A DNA stretch of 64,000 nucleotides. It comes from Candidatus Krumholzibacteriia bacterium. GTDB lineage: Bacteria; Krumholzibacteriota; Krumholzibacteriia; Krumholzibacteriales; Krumholzibacteriaceae. Positions 18,946 to 26,858 of this stretch are shown here, piece after piece; the stretch's first letter is position 1, and the number at the start of each line of letters is the position of its first letter. The position numbers and the translations under genes are program-made. The notes beneath the pieces are model-generated. The model made no database searches and was not told the origin of the DNA. It saw only the letters and a list, made by a program, of their open reading frames with translations. The stretch is from NCBI GenBank assembly GCA_963836185.1, contig CAWIIQ010000001.1:1536001-1600000 (forward strand), in the 5' to 3' direction.

Positions 18946-20393
18946 AAGTGGAACCGGAGAAGATCGGCGAGTTCCTCTGGGAGATTCCCCGCACGGGGGA
19001 AATGTTCGTTCCCGGTCGCATCTATGCCGATGATGATTCGATGAGATTCCTCCTTGAAGAGAGCCGATCGAAGCAGTGGGACGCGCTCTCCCAGGTTCGC
19101 AACGTCGCCTGCCTTCCCGGCATAGCGGGCGCTTCGATGGCCATGGCCGACATCCATCCCGGATATGGATTCCCGATCGGCGGAGTCGGCGCTTTCGATC
19201 CAGGCGAAGGGGTTGTAAGTATCGCCGGGGTCGGATTCGATATCAACTGCGGCGTCAGATCGATGCTCGTCGACGTGACGAAGGATCGTATAGAGCTCAA
19301 CAGGGAAAGGGTGGCCGAGGAACTCTTTCAGTCAGTCCCTGCCGGGCTTGGTTCGACGGGTACCCTCAGGCTGTCCGTCCGGGAGATAGACGCTGTCCTC
19401 ACAGAGGGAGCGGCATTTTCGCTGGCGAGGGGTTACGGCGTGGAAGAAGATCTCGAATATGTCGAGGAAGGCGGGATGGTCGATGGAGCGGACCCCTCAG
19501 CAGTCAGTCCGAGGGCGAAGGAACGGCAGCTCAGACAGGTAGGGACTCTCGGCTCCGGGAACCATTATCTCGAGGTGCAGTATGTCGACGAAATATATGA
19601 CTGCCGGGCCGCCTCTGCATTCGGGCTCGCCACTGGCGGGATAGTCGTGAGCATCCATACCGGAAGCAGGGCGCTGGGTCACCAGATCGGTACCGATTAC
19701 CAGAGTGTACTGCGGAGCGCTTCGCGTAAATACGGGATACCTGTCCCGGAGAGCGAACTTATAGCGGCGCCGATACAGAGTCCCGAGGGCAGACAGTATA
19801 TCTCCGCGGTCAGGGCGGGGATAAACTGCGCCTTTGCCAACAGGCAGGCAATATCCGGCCTGGTACGAGACGCGTTCAAGCGGCTCTTCAAACTGAAAGA
19901 CAATGAGATCAGGACCCTCTATGAAGTCGGGCACAATAATCTGAAGATGGAGACGCATGATACCGATTCCGGGAGGAGGAACCTGCTCGTCCACAGGAAG
20001 GGAGCTACAAGGGCTTTCGCGGCGGGACGTGATGAAGTCCCGGCCAGGTATCGCGAGGTGGGGCAGCCGGTGCTTGTAGGGGGGACGATGGGGACATCGT
20101 CCTTTATCCTCGTCGGAACGGAGCAGGGGATGTCCGATACATTCGGCAGCGCTGTACACGGGGCGGGAAGAGTAAAGTCGCGTAAGCAGGCGTTGAGGGA
20201 GTACAGGGGCGAGGACGTGATAGACGGCCTCGCGAAATCAGGTATCCTCATACGGACACGCAGCAGGAAAGGCGCCGCAGAGGAGGCTCCCGGAGCGTAC
20301 AAGGATGTCGAACGCGTCGTCTCCATAATGGAAGGCGCCGGGGTGAACAGGCGTGTCGCCCGGCTGCGCCCGATGATATGCATCAAGGGATGA
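18942..20393 (+). CDS. rtcB: RtcB RNA 3'-phosphate/5'-OH ligase (long, archaeal/eukaryote-like type)
   Basis: GTG start in a GTGA overlap; ADIHPGYGFPIGG, FDINCG, GNHYLE, HTGSR, GHN, HGAGR (guanylylated His), EEAPGAYK, terminal IKG. Confidence 0.93.
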   Translation: MKVEPEKIGEFLWEIPRTGEMFVPGRIYADDDSMRFLLEESRSKQWDALSQVRNVACLPGIAGASMAMADIHPGYGFPIGGVGAFDPGEGVVSIAGVGFDINCGVRSMLVDVTKDRIELNRERVAEELFQSVPAGLGSTGTLRLSVREIDAVLTEGAAFSLARGYGVEEDLEYVEEGGMVDGADPSAVSPRAKERQLRQVGTLGSGNHYLEVQYVDEIYDCRAASAFGLATGGIVVSIHTGSRALGHQIGTDYQSVLRSASRKYGIPVPESELIAAPIQSPEGRQYISAVRAGINCAFANRQAISGLVRDAFKRLFKLKDNEIRTLYEVGHNNLKMETHDTDSGRRNLLVHRKGATRAFAAGRDEVPARYREVGQPVLVGGTMGTSSFILVGTEQGMSDTFGSAVHGAGRVKSRKQALREYRGEDVIDGLAKSGILIRTRSRKGAAEEAPGAYKDVERVVSIMEGAGVNRRVARLRPMICIKG

Positions 20394-20430
20394 CAGGTCA
20401 TTGCGCATCTAATCGGCTGTTTGTTAAGTG

Positions 20431-20459
20431 TTTACAAATTGGAACCTGACTGCTAGAAT
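20431..20459 (+). promoter_or_regulatory. Sigma70-type promoter of ggt
   Basis: TTTACA-17 nt-TAGAAT with extended TGn. Confidence 0.65.
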
Positions 20460-20515
20460 AGTGTTTGATTAATGTGACCTGTAGATACGAGGCACCAGAC
20501 GCAGGACTGCTTCAG

Positions 20516-22243
20516 ATGCCCCGCAGAAAAGTAAAGACCGTATTCGCGGCGATCTCCCCTGTAATCGTCTTGATTGCTCTGTCGGGCGTCTTCTCAGACG
20601 CTCGCGCGAAGGAGTGGAGCGCCCGTTCGACCGGCGGGATGGTAGCGTCGGCCTGCCCTGAGGCGACAGCAGCCGGGGTACGTGTGCTTGAATCGGGCGG
20701 AAACGCCGTTGACGCGGCGATCGCCGTGGGATTCGCCCTCGCTGTCAGTTATCCATCCGCGGGTAATATCGGCGGAGGCGGATTCATGCTTGTCAGGATG
20801 GCGGGAGGCGAGAGCTCGTTCATAGATTTCAGGGAGAAGGCTCCCATGCAGGCCACCAGGGAGATGTATCTCGATGAGGCAGGAGATGCCACGGGGAATC
20901 AAAGTGTCCGGGGCCATCTCGCATCGGGAGTCCCGGGCTCAGTAGCGGGGTTCTGGATGGCCCACGGAATTTACGGGTCGAAGGGATGGGAAGAGCTTCT
21001 CGCCCCTTCGGTCGAACTCGCCGAAAAGGGCTTTGAGATAGCTCCTTACCTGGCAACCTCCCTCGGGAGACTGCACCCCCGCCTCGGCGAGTACCCCGGG
21101 CTGTCCAAATTCTTCGGTGCCGGGGGAAAGATGCCTGAATCGGGAGATATTCTCGTTCAGCCCGACCTTGCCCTGACTTTGAACCTGATAGCGGAAGAGG
21201 GTCCGGCAGGATTTTACGCCGGCAGGACAGCTAGTTTGATCGTTGAAGAGATGCGCGCTGGCGGCGGCCTGATCACCGAAGAGGACCTTGCATCTTACGA
21301 GGCGGTCAGGCGTGAGCCTGTCAGAGGGAGTTACAGGGGCTTCGAGATCCTGTCCGCTCCTCCGCCAAGTTCCGGGGGCATCGTCCTTCTGGAGATACTG
21401 AATATCCTAGAGGGATACACCATGGATGGGGGAAGGGATGTCGAGTCGATGCATCTCGTGATCGAAGCCGAGAGAAGGGCGTACGCCGACAGGGCTCGAT
21501 GGCTGGGCGACCCCGATTTTGTTCGAATGCCTGTAAATAAGCTGATATCAAAAGATTACGCGGATAATATGAGAAGTAGTATAGGTGAGGGTGCAACCTC
21601 ATCGGCCGGGCTGCCTGGCGGTGAGAGCGAAGAGACGACTCATTATTCAGTCGTCGACTCAGAGGGGAACGCGGTCGCGGTGACAACGACTCTCAACGGC
21701 TCCTACGGTTCGTATGTTGTCGTCGAGGGCGCGGGATTCCTTATGAACAACGAGATGGATGATTTCTCCATCAAGCCGGGAGTCCCGAATATGTACGGTC
21801 TCACTGGAGGTGAGGCGAACGCGATAGAGCCGGGCAAGAGGATGCTCAGTTCCATGACACCGACGATCGTCCTGCACAGCGGCGAACCCTGGCTGGTGCT
21901 CGGTTCGCCGGGCGGGTCAACGATCATAACGACCGTCGCCCAGGTTATGATGAACATCATAGATTTCGGGATGGAGCCAATGGAAGCTGTAAGCACCTGG
22001 AGGTATCATCATCAGTGGAGTCCGGATGTGGTATACTTCGAGGATGGCGCCTTCACTGCCTACGAGAGGGAAGGTCTCGAAGAAAAGGGGTATCAACTGA
22101 AAGAAAGGTCCCTGATAGGGGATGTGCAACTTATCGTCAAAGACGGATCATCCCTTACAGGAGTATCCGATCCGAGAAGAGGAGGGTCGTCCCGGGGTAC
22201 CGGAACGGCGCCGCCGGATCAAATGGAAAGGAAGGAGAACTGA
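20516..22243 (+). CDS. ggt: Gamma-glutamyltransferase (exported)
   Basis: GGNAVDAAIA, IDFREKAP, PPPSSGG, ETTHYSVVD (catalytic Thr), NNEMDDF, LSSMTP, GSPGG; ATG 20516 preferred given the promoter position. Confidence 0.93.
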   Translation: MPRRKVKTVFAAISPVIVLIALSGVFSDARAKEWSARSTGGMVASACPEATAAGVRVLESGGNAVDAAIAVGFALAVSYPSAGNIGGGGFMLVRMAGGESSFIDFREKAPMQATREMYLDEAGDATGNQSVRGHLASGVPGSVAGFWMAHGIYGSKGWEELLAPSVELAEKGFEIAPYLATSLGRLHPRLGEYPGLSKFFGAGGKMPESGDILVQPDLALTLNLIAEEGPAGFYAGRTASLIVEEMRAGGGLITEEDLASYEAVRREPVRGSYRGFEILSAPPPSSGGIVLLEILNILEGYTMDGGRDVESMHLVIEAERRAYADRARWLGDPDFVRMPVNKLISKDYADNMRSSIGEGATSSAGLPGGESEETTHYSVVDSEGNAVAVTTTLNGSYGSYVVVEGAGFLMNNEMDDFSIKPGVPNMYGLTGGEANAIEPGKRMLSSMTPTIVLHSGEPWLVLGSPGGSTIITTVAQVMMNIIDFGMEPMEAVSTWRYHHQWSPDVVYFEDGAFTAYEREGLEEKGYQLKERSLIGDVQLIVKDGSSLTGVSDPRRGGSSRGTGTAPPDQMERKEN

Positions 22244-22244
22244 C

Positions 22245-23021
22245 ATGAGAAGAGCGGTACTGTCATTAACGGCGGTCTGCCTGCTGGCTCTGGTGATCAT
22301 CGCGAGTATGCCGGGCCGCGCATCAGCCCAGATGGATCCCTACGAACTGCAGGCTGCGTTCGGGCGTTTCCCGTTCGCGAAGGTGATCCCCCTAGACGGC
22401 GGAAACGCGTGGGGCCTTATCTATGCGGATGTATACGGGAAGGTTTACCTCAAGAGGGCTTCAAGCAGGGGCTGGAAGAGGGAATTCGAGATCACCAACC
22501 TCGGGGCCAAAGTAAAGAAGTACCAGATCCTCGATATCGACAGTGACGGGGTCCTCGAACTCCTGATAGCGACTATGGCCGGGCAGATACTCATCTACAG
22601 CCTCGACGATTACACGAATACCTGGGAAAACATAGAAGACAACTTCAAGAGCATAGAGGCCTTCGATGCCGTGGATATAGACCGTGATCCCCAGGTGGAA
22701 TTCATCGTCCTCGCTGAAGGAAGGATCTATATCATCGATTCGCTCGACAAGAGCCGCCAGTGGATAAGCGAACGTCAGTTCAACGCCACGGAGCTGATCG
22801 TCGCGAATGTGGACAATGACGAGCAGAAAGAGATAATACTCAATACAGGCATCGTCCTCGACACCAAGTTCTTTATAATCGACCTGGAGTGGGACAAGGC
22901 CTTCGGCGAACGGATAAGCACATTTGATATCAACAATGACGGGATTCCGGAGGTAATAGGCGAATTCCCCGACTATTCCCTGAGGATATTCGATGTATAT
23001 GCCCAGAGAGAGGTCTGGTAG
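22245..23021 (+). CDS. Secreted protein with FG-GAP/VCBS-like Ca-binding repeats
   Basis: ATG after AAGGAG; signal peptide ending ASA; four DxDxD..E repeats (DIDSDGVLE, DIDRDPQVE, NVDNDEQKE, DINNDGIPE). Confidence 0.65.
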   Translation: MRRAVLSLTAVCLLALVIIASMPGRASAQMDPYELQAAFGRFPFAKVIPLDGGNAWGLIYADVYGKVYLKRASSRGWKREFEITNLGAKVKKYQILDIDSDGVLELLIATMAGQILIYSLDDYTNTWENIEDNFKSIEAFDAVDIDRDPQVEFIVLAEGRIYIIDSLDKSRQWISERQFNATELIVANVDNDEQKEIILNTGIVLDTKFFIIDLEWDKAFGERISTFDINNDGIPEVIGEFPDYSLRIFDVYAQREVW

Positions 23022-23044
23022 GTACTATTACTCAAAAAAAATCA

Positions 23045-23073
23045 TTTTCAACCAGACTCTGGTGTGTTATAAT
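23045..23073 (+). promoter_or_regulatory. Sigma70-type promoter of the tandem secreted paralogs
   Basis: TTTTCA-17 nt-TATAAT with extended TGn and an upstream A-tract. Confidence 0.65.
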
Positions 23074-23131
23074 CCAGCCCGCAACAGTAAACAGAGATTC
23101 AAGCTGCAACAGTTTCTCAAGGAGGGTGGCT

Positions 23132-23839
23132 TTGACAAGAAAGCTAGAGCTTGGGGCGGCGGGGTTATTGCTGGTTCTCTTTTCCATGACAGTTCCTGCG
23201 AACGCGGCGATGCTGATAGAGTCATTCGCGCTCAGCGGCAACGGATCGTTCATGGCCAGCCCGCCCGTCTTCAGCGGAAACATCATCGCGGGAACTCTTT
23301 CCCCCGGCACATTCTGGTTCAGACTTGACGATACGGGATGGGCTACAGATGATCCCGGAACGTCGAACAATGAACGATGGGACTTCATCTTCAGTAACTA
23401 TTTCCAGTACGATCCTACTCCTGGAGCGGAAGGATGGGATGGCAGGTTCCCTTCGACACTGGTCGGCGACTACGCGCCTCAGTGGCGCTTCTACACCGCG
23501 GCGGGCGATACCTGCGGCGGTCTGGCGACGAGCTTCACCGTTACGATCAGGGACTACAACGCGAACGGCATCATGGAAGACAACGAGTATATCAACAAGG
23601 TGTTCTCGATTGGACTCTTCTGCTACATCAACTTCGGAACTGGAGAGTTCCTGAGTTACTGCGGACAGGGAAACTGTTCTGGCACTCTCGATCTCCTCGA
23701 TGAGGCCACCGGGGACGAAGAATTCTACGTACCCTCGGAGGCATCGGCTTCAGGAAGGCTCTATCTCAGCGATACTAACTGCGTTACCGGAACGGACGAG
23801 AGCAGCTGGGGCAAGATCAAGAAGATACACAGTAACTGA
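23132..23839 (+). CDS. Secreted hypothetical protein A with C-terminal TDESSWGKIK tail
   Basis: TTG start 6 nt after AAGGAGG; signal peptide ending ANA; paralog of the next gene. Confidence 0.7.
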   Translation: MTRKLELGAAGLLLVLFSMTVPANAAMLIESFALSGNGSFMASPPVFSGNIIAGTLSPGTFWFRLDDTGWATDDPGTSNNERWDFIFSNYFQYDPTPGAEGWDGRFPSTLVGDYAPQWRFYTAAGDTCGGLATSFTVTIRDYNANGIMEDNEYINKVFSIGLFCYINFGTGEFLSYCGQGNCSGTLDLLDEATGDEEFYVPSEASASGRLYLSDTNCVTGTDESSWGKIKKIHSN

Positions 23840-23871
23840 TATTCCTGAAGTTGAAAGGGAGGGATCCTGAG

Positions 23872-24546
23872 ATGAAATTCAAAGCTATACCGGTGCTCAT
23901 CCTTGCGACGGCTATGCTGATTTGCGCAGGGAGTGTTCGAGCACAGTTCCCCGATACTCTGTTCCTCGAATTTGACTTCGAGGGATTCGGCAATCTCGTG
24001 ATGACTTCCCCGCCAGTCTATTCGGGTGATGTCGTCTCGGGTGATTCACGGATTGTCGGTGCTACCTGGAGTATACAGATCGACGATACAGGCTGGCCTC
24101 CGGTCAGCGACCCTGCAGCCAGGTGGAACTACATATTCAATACGTTTTTCCAGTACAACTCCTCGTACTACTTCTGGACGGCTGTTTTCGACCAGAACAA
24201 TCTTCCCGCAAAACCTGAATGGGTGATCGATCACCCGGTCAACGGGATGATGAGCGGCAACCTTGTCGTTTCGTCCACTTTCAACGATTCGGACATGGAT
24301 GGTGTCTTCGATGTCGAAGAGAGGATGTTCGGCACATTCGAGGGTAACCTGATGGTCATGAAATTCGGCACCGGCCAGTTCGCCAAGTACTGTGGCGATG
24401 GTTCTTACAACGGCGCCGCGTTCAACGAGGACCCGGGCAACTGGATGGACGACTTTGTAACGGGGCACTGCCTCCTCGATCTGATAAATTGCCAGATCGG
24501 TACAGAGGAACAGAGCTGGAGCTATATAAAGAGGATCCACCACTAG
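23872..24546 (+). CDS. Secreted hypothetical protein B with C-terminal TEEQSWSYIK tail
   Basis: ATG after GGAGG; signal peptide ending VRA; collinear similarity to protein A. Confidence 0.7.
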   Translation: MKFKAIPVLILATAMLICAGSVRAQFPDTLFLEFDFEGFGNLVMTSPPVYSGDVVSGDSRIVGATWSIQIDDTGWPPVSDPAARWNYIFNTFFQYNSSYYFWTAVFDQNNLPAKPEWVIDHPVNGMMSGNLVVSSTFNDSDMDGVFDVEERMFGTFEGNLMVMKFGTGQFAKYCGDGSYNGAAFNEDPGNWMDDFVTGHCLLDLINCQIGTEEQSWSYIKRIHH

Positions 24547-24552
24547 GCAGGA

Positions 24553-25221
24553 TCATCGCGGTCGAAAACCGATAGTTACGCGTACCCACATCGCTGTGGG
24601 TACGCCTTTTATTTCGCCCGGTATGAACTTGTAACTGCGGGCCGCTTCCATGACGGTGCGGTTGAGAGATTCCTGCTTCATCCCCCTGGCCAGTTTGATA
24701 TCTTCTACCTCTCCCTGTACATTTACGAAAAGGAGCAATTCGACTCCGCCGTCGATATCTCCATCTATATTGTCCGGAATCGTCGGGAGAGAGATGTTGA
24801 GCGGTTTCGGCGGGATAGTGGTGCGTCTCGGTCCGGGTTTTCCATTACTGCCTCCGCTACGGCCTCCGCTGGTTATCGGATCTATCGTCAGCGCCGGTTC
24901 TCCGAGTTCGTCGATGACAGATCTTTCGTGTTCCTCCTCGACCATTTCTACGGGCTGTTCCTCGACGACCACAGCCTGTGGAAAGTCCGGATAGGGCACG
25001 AGAGAGAAGGGCCTGTCGATATAGAAAAATTCGGAAGTTCCTTCCTCGCCGGGTGTTTCCGTGCGGAAGACCTCAAGGTATTCAAGCTTGAAAAAGATAA
25101 AAACCGCAAGGTGGACGAGAAGGGTCGCGGCGACAATTAGAAGCCAGCCTTTTCTGCTTCTTCCGCGATTGCGGAGAAATCCCTTTTGAGCTCGAGGAAC
25201 TGTGGTGTCAGGACTGGACAT
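24553..25221 (-). CDS. TonB family energy transducer
   Basis: N-terminal TM with conserved His (TLLVHLA); acidic/Pro-rich linker; TonB-C domain (GGVELLLFVNVQGEV...AARSYKFIPG...GVP). Confidence 0.8.
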   Translation of the reverse strand: MSSPDTTVPRAQKGFLRNRGRSRKGWLLIVAATLLVHLAVFIFFKLEYLEVFRTETPGEEGTSEFFYIDRPFSLVPYPDFPQAVVVEEQPVEMVEEEHERSVIDELGEPALTIDPITSGGRSGGSNGKPGPRRTTIPPKPLNISLPTIPDNIDGDIDGGVELLLFVNVQGEVEDIKLARGMKQESLNRTVMEAARSYKFIPGEIKGVPTAMWVRVTIGFRPR

Positions 25222-25274
25222 GATCCTTCTTTTCAGGATAATCCAATTTTTCAGTTATCATTATCACACCTATT

Positions 25275-25303
25275 AGTATATTATTTCGAGGGAATAGTGG
25301 CAA
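25275..25303 (-). promoter_or_regulatory. Sigma70-type promoter of the TonB gene
   Basis: Minus strand TTGCCA-17 nt-TATACT. Confidence 0.6.
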
Positions 25304-25324
25304 GAAACCACGGCGGCTGAATAT

Positions 25325-25957
25325 ATGAGAAAGATCGAGCGCAGAGATCTGACTGTGCCAAATGTACTGACGGTCCTGAGAGTGCTTATGGCTCTGACGG
25401 CTGCCGTACTGCTCGTCTCCGGGAACGGCCACAAGACACTTGCCGCGGCGATACTGCTCGTCGCCATGCTTCTTGATTACTTTGACGGGTGGTACGCCAG
25501 GAGATTTCACCAGACTACCAGCCTTGGAGCCCATCTAGACCCGTTTGCCGACAAGGTGATGATAGCGGTCATATTTATCACACTCATGCTCGAGTTCCGT
25601 ACCCCATGGTTCAGCCTCTTCGTCTGCGTGATCCTCGTGAGGGAACTTATGATAACGATTTTCAGATGGAGGGTTCACGAAAAGTCGGGGACACTCGTTC
25701 CCGCGAGCCCCCTCGGGAAAGTAAAAACAGTCGTACAATGTATTGTGGGCGGCGCGATGATTTTCTATATTTACATATATCCCGGTACTGTGCCGGAAGG
25801 CCGCCAACTGATATTCATCGCTATGCTGGTGACGACTGTCATCACGGTTGATTCGGGTCTTCGCTATCTCCTTCCGAGCTGCAGTGACGGGAAGAAAAGG
25901 TCGGTGATGGAACGCCTGATTCAGGGAGGTCTGCTCTGGACATCTATGAAGCGATAA
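25325..25957 (+). CDS. pgsA: CDP-alcohol phosphatidyltransferase (PgsA-like)
   Basis: PNVLTVLR, DYFDGWYARR...G..LDPFADK, RE, GKVKT..Q. Confidence 0.8.
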   Translation: MRKIERRDLTVPNVLTVLRVLMALTAAVLLVSGNGHKTLAAAILLVAMLLDYFDGWYARRFHQTTSLGAHLDPFADKVMIAVIFITLMLEFRTPWFSLFVCVILVRELMITIFRWRVHEKSGTLVPASPLGKVKTVVQCIVGGAMIFYIYIYPGTVPEGRQLIFIAMLVTTVITVDSGLRYLLPSCSDGKKRSVMERLIQGGLLWTSMKR

Positions 25958-26457
25958 GGAACCGGGTCAGCACAAGGGCATATCTGCCCGATCCAGTGGA
26001 AAATGAAAAGCTGGACAGGATACTCGAAGCGGCCAGGCTAGCTCCGTCGGGGAAGAACGGTCAACCCTGGACGTTTATTGTGATCACAGACACTGATACG
26101 CGCGAAAGACTCGTACCCGCCTGCAAGAACCAGAAGTTCATAGCTGAGGCCCCCATCGTAGTAGCGGTATGCGGCCGTGAAGAACTCGCGTACGAGAAGA
26201 TGGGCGGTTACTGGAACAGCCTGCCTGTTGATATCGGGATAGCGCTGGAGCATCTCATGCTGGCAGCTGAAGCTGAAGGGCTGGGAACGTGCTGGATAGG
26301 CGCCTTTCTGGAGGAAGATGTACGCGATATCCTCGGCGTGCCGGAGGATGTAAAGATCCTCGCGCTGACGCCGGTCGGCTATCCCGCATCGGACAAGGTG
26401 TTCCGAAAGAGAAAGATGCTGGAAGAGATAGTGATGAGGGAGAGGTGGGAAGAATGA
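25936..26457 (+). CDS. Nitroreductase family protein
   Basis: N-terminus (L/M)DIYEAIRNRVSTRAY lies in frame upstream of the ORF-track start and begins at CTG after GGAGGT; APSGKNGQPW, DIGIA, GLGTCWIG, VGYP. Confidence 0.88.
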   Translation: MDIYEAIRNRVSTRAYLPDPVENEKLDRILEAARLAPSGKNGQPWTFIVITDTDTRERLVPACKNQKFIAEAPIVVAVCGREELAYEKMGGYWNSLPVDIGIALEHLMLAAEAEGLGTCWIGAFLEEDVRDILGVPEDVKILALTPVGYPASDKVFRKRKMLEEIVMRERWEE

Positions 26458-26858
26458 AGGTGAGGAGATATCTCAGGACGACACTTATACTGCTGATGAC
26501 CGGCACCTTCGTATCCGCGAGCCAGGCAGCTCTATCGAGGCCGGGGAGCGCGGAGGAAGAGGGATCGGGCGAGAGCTGTTTTACTGAATCCGGAATGCTC
26601 GATCTTTCAGAGATGACAATCGGCCCCGGCGCTTTTACCCCCGCCGCGGCTGATACTCTCGAGACCTACGAGATAGAGCTCGAGGATGAAGGGAAAAAGG
26701 GAGTCAACTACAAGGCCATCGTCGGATTAGTCATAGCGGCAGCTTTTATCGGATATGCGATATACGTTTTGATCGTTCCCGATGAGGAGGAGGAACCTGA
26801 GGATATTCCCGGGAAGGAACCTCCCGTTGCACTTATCACGATCCCGTTCGGGGGATGA
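26454..26858 (+). CDS. Hypothetical membrane-anchored protein
   Basis: ATGA overlap with the nitroreductase stop; signal-like N-terminus, acidic region, one TM helix and an acidic Pro-rich tail. Confidence 0.55.
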   Translation: MKVRRYLRTTLILLMTGTFVSASQAALSRPGSAEEEGSGESCFTESGMLDLSEMTIGPGAFTPAAADTLETYEIELEDEGKKGVNYKAIVGLVIAAAFIGYAIYVLIVPDEEEEPEDIPGKEPPVALITIPFGG

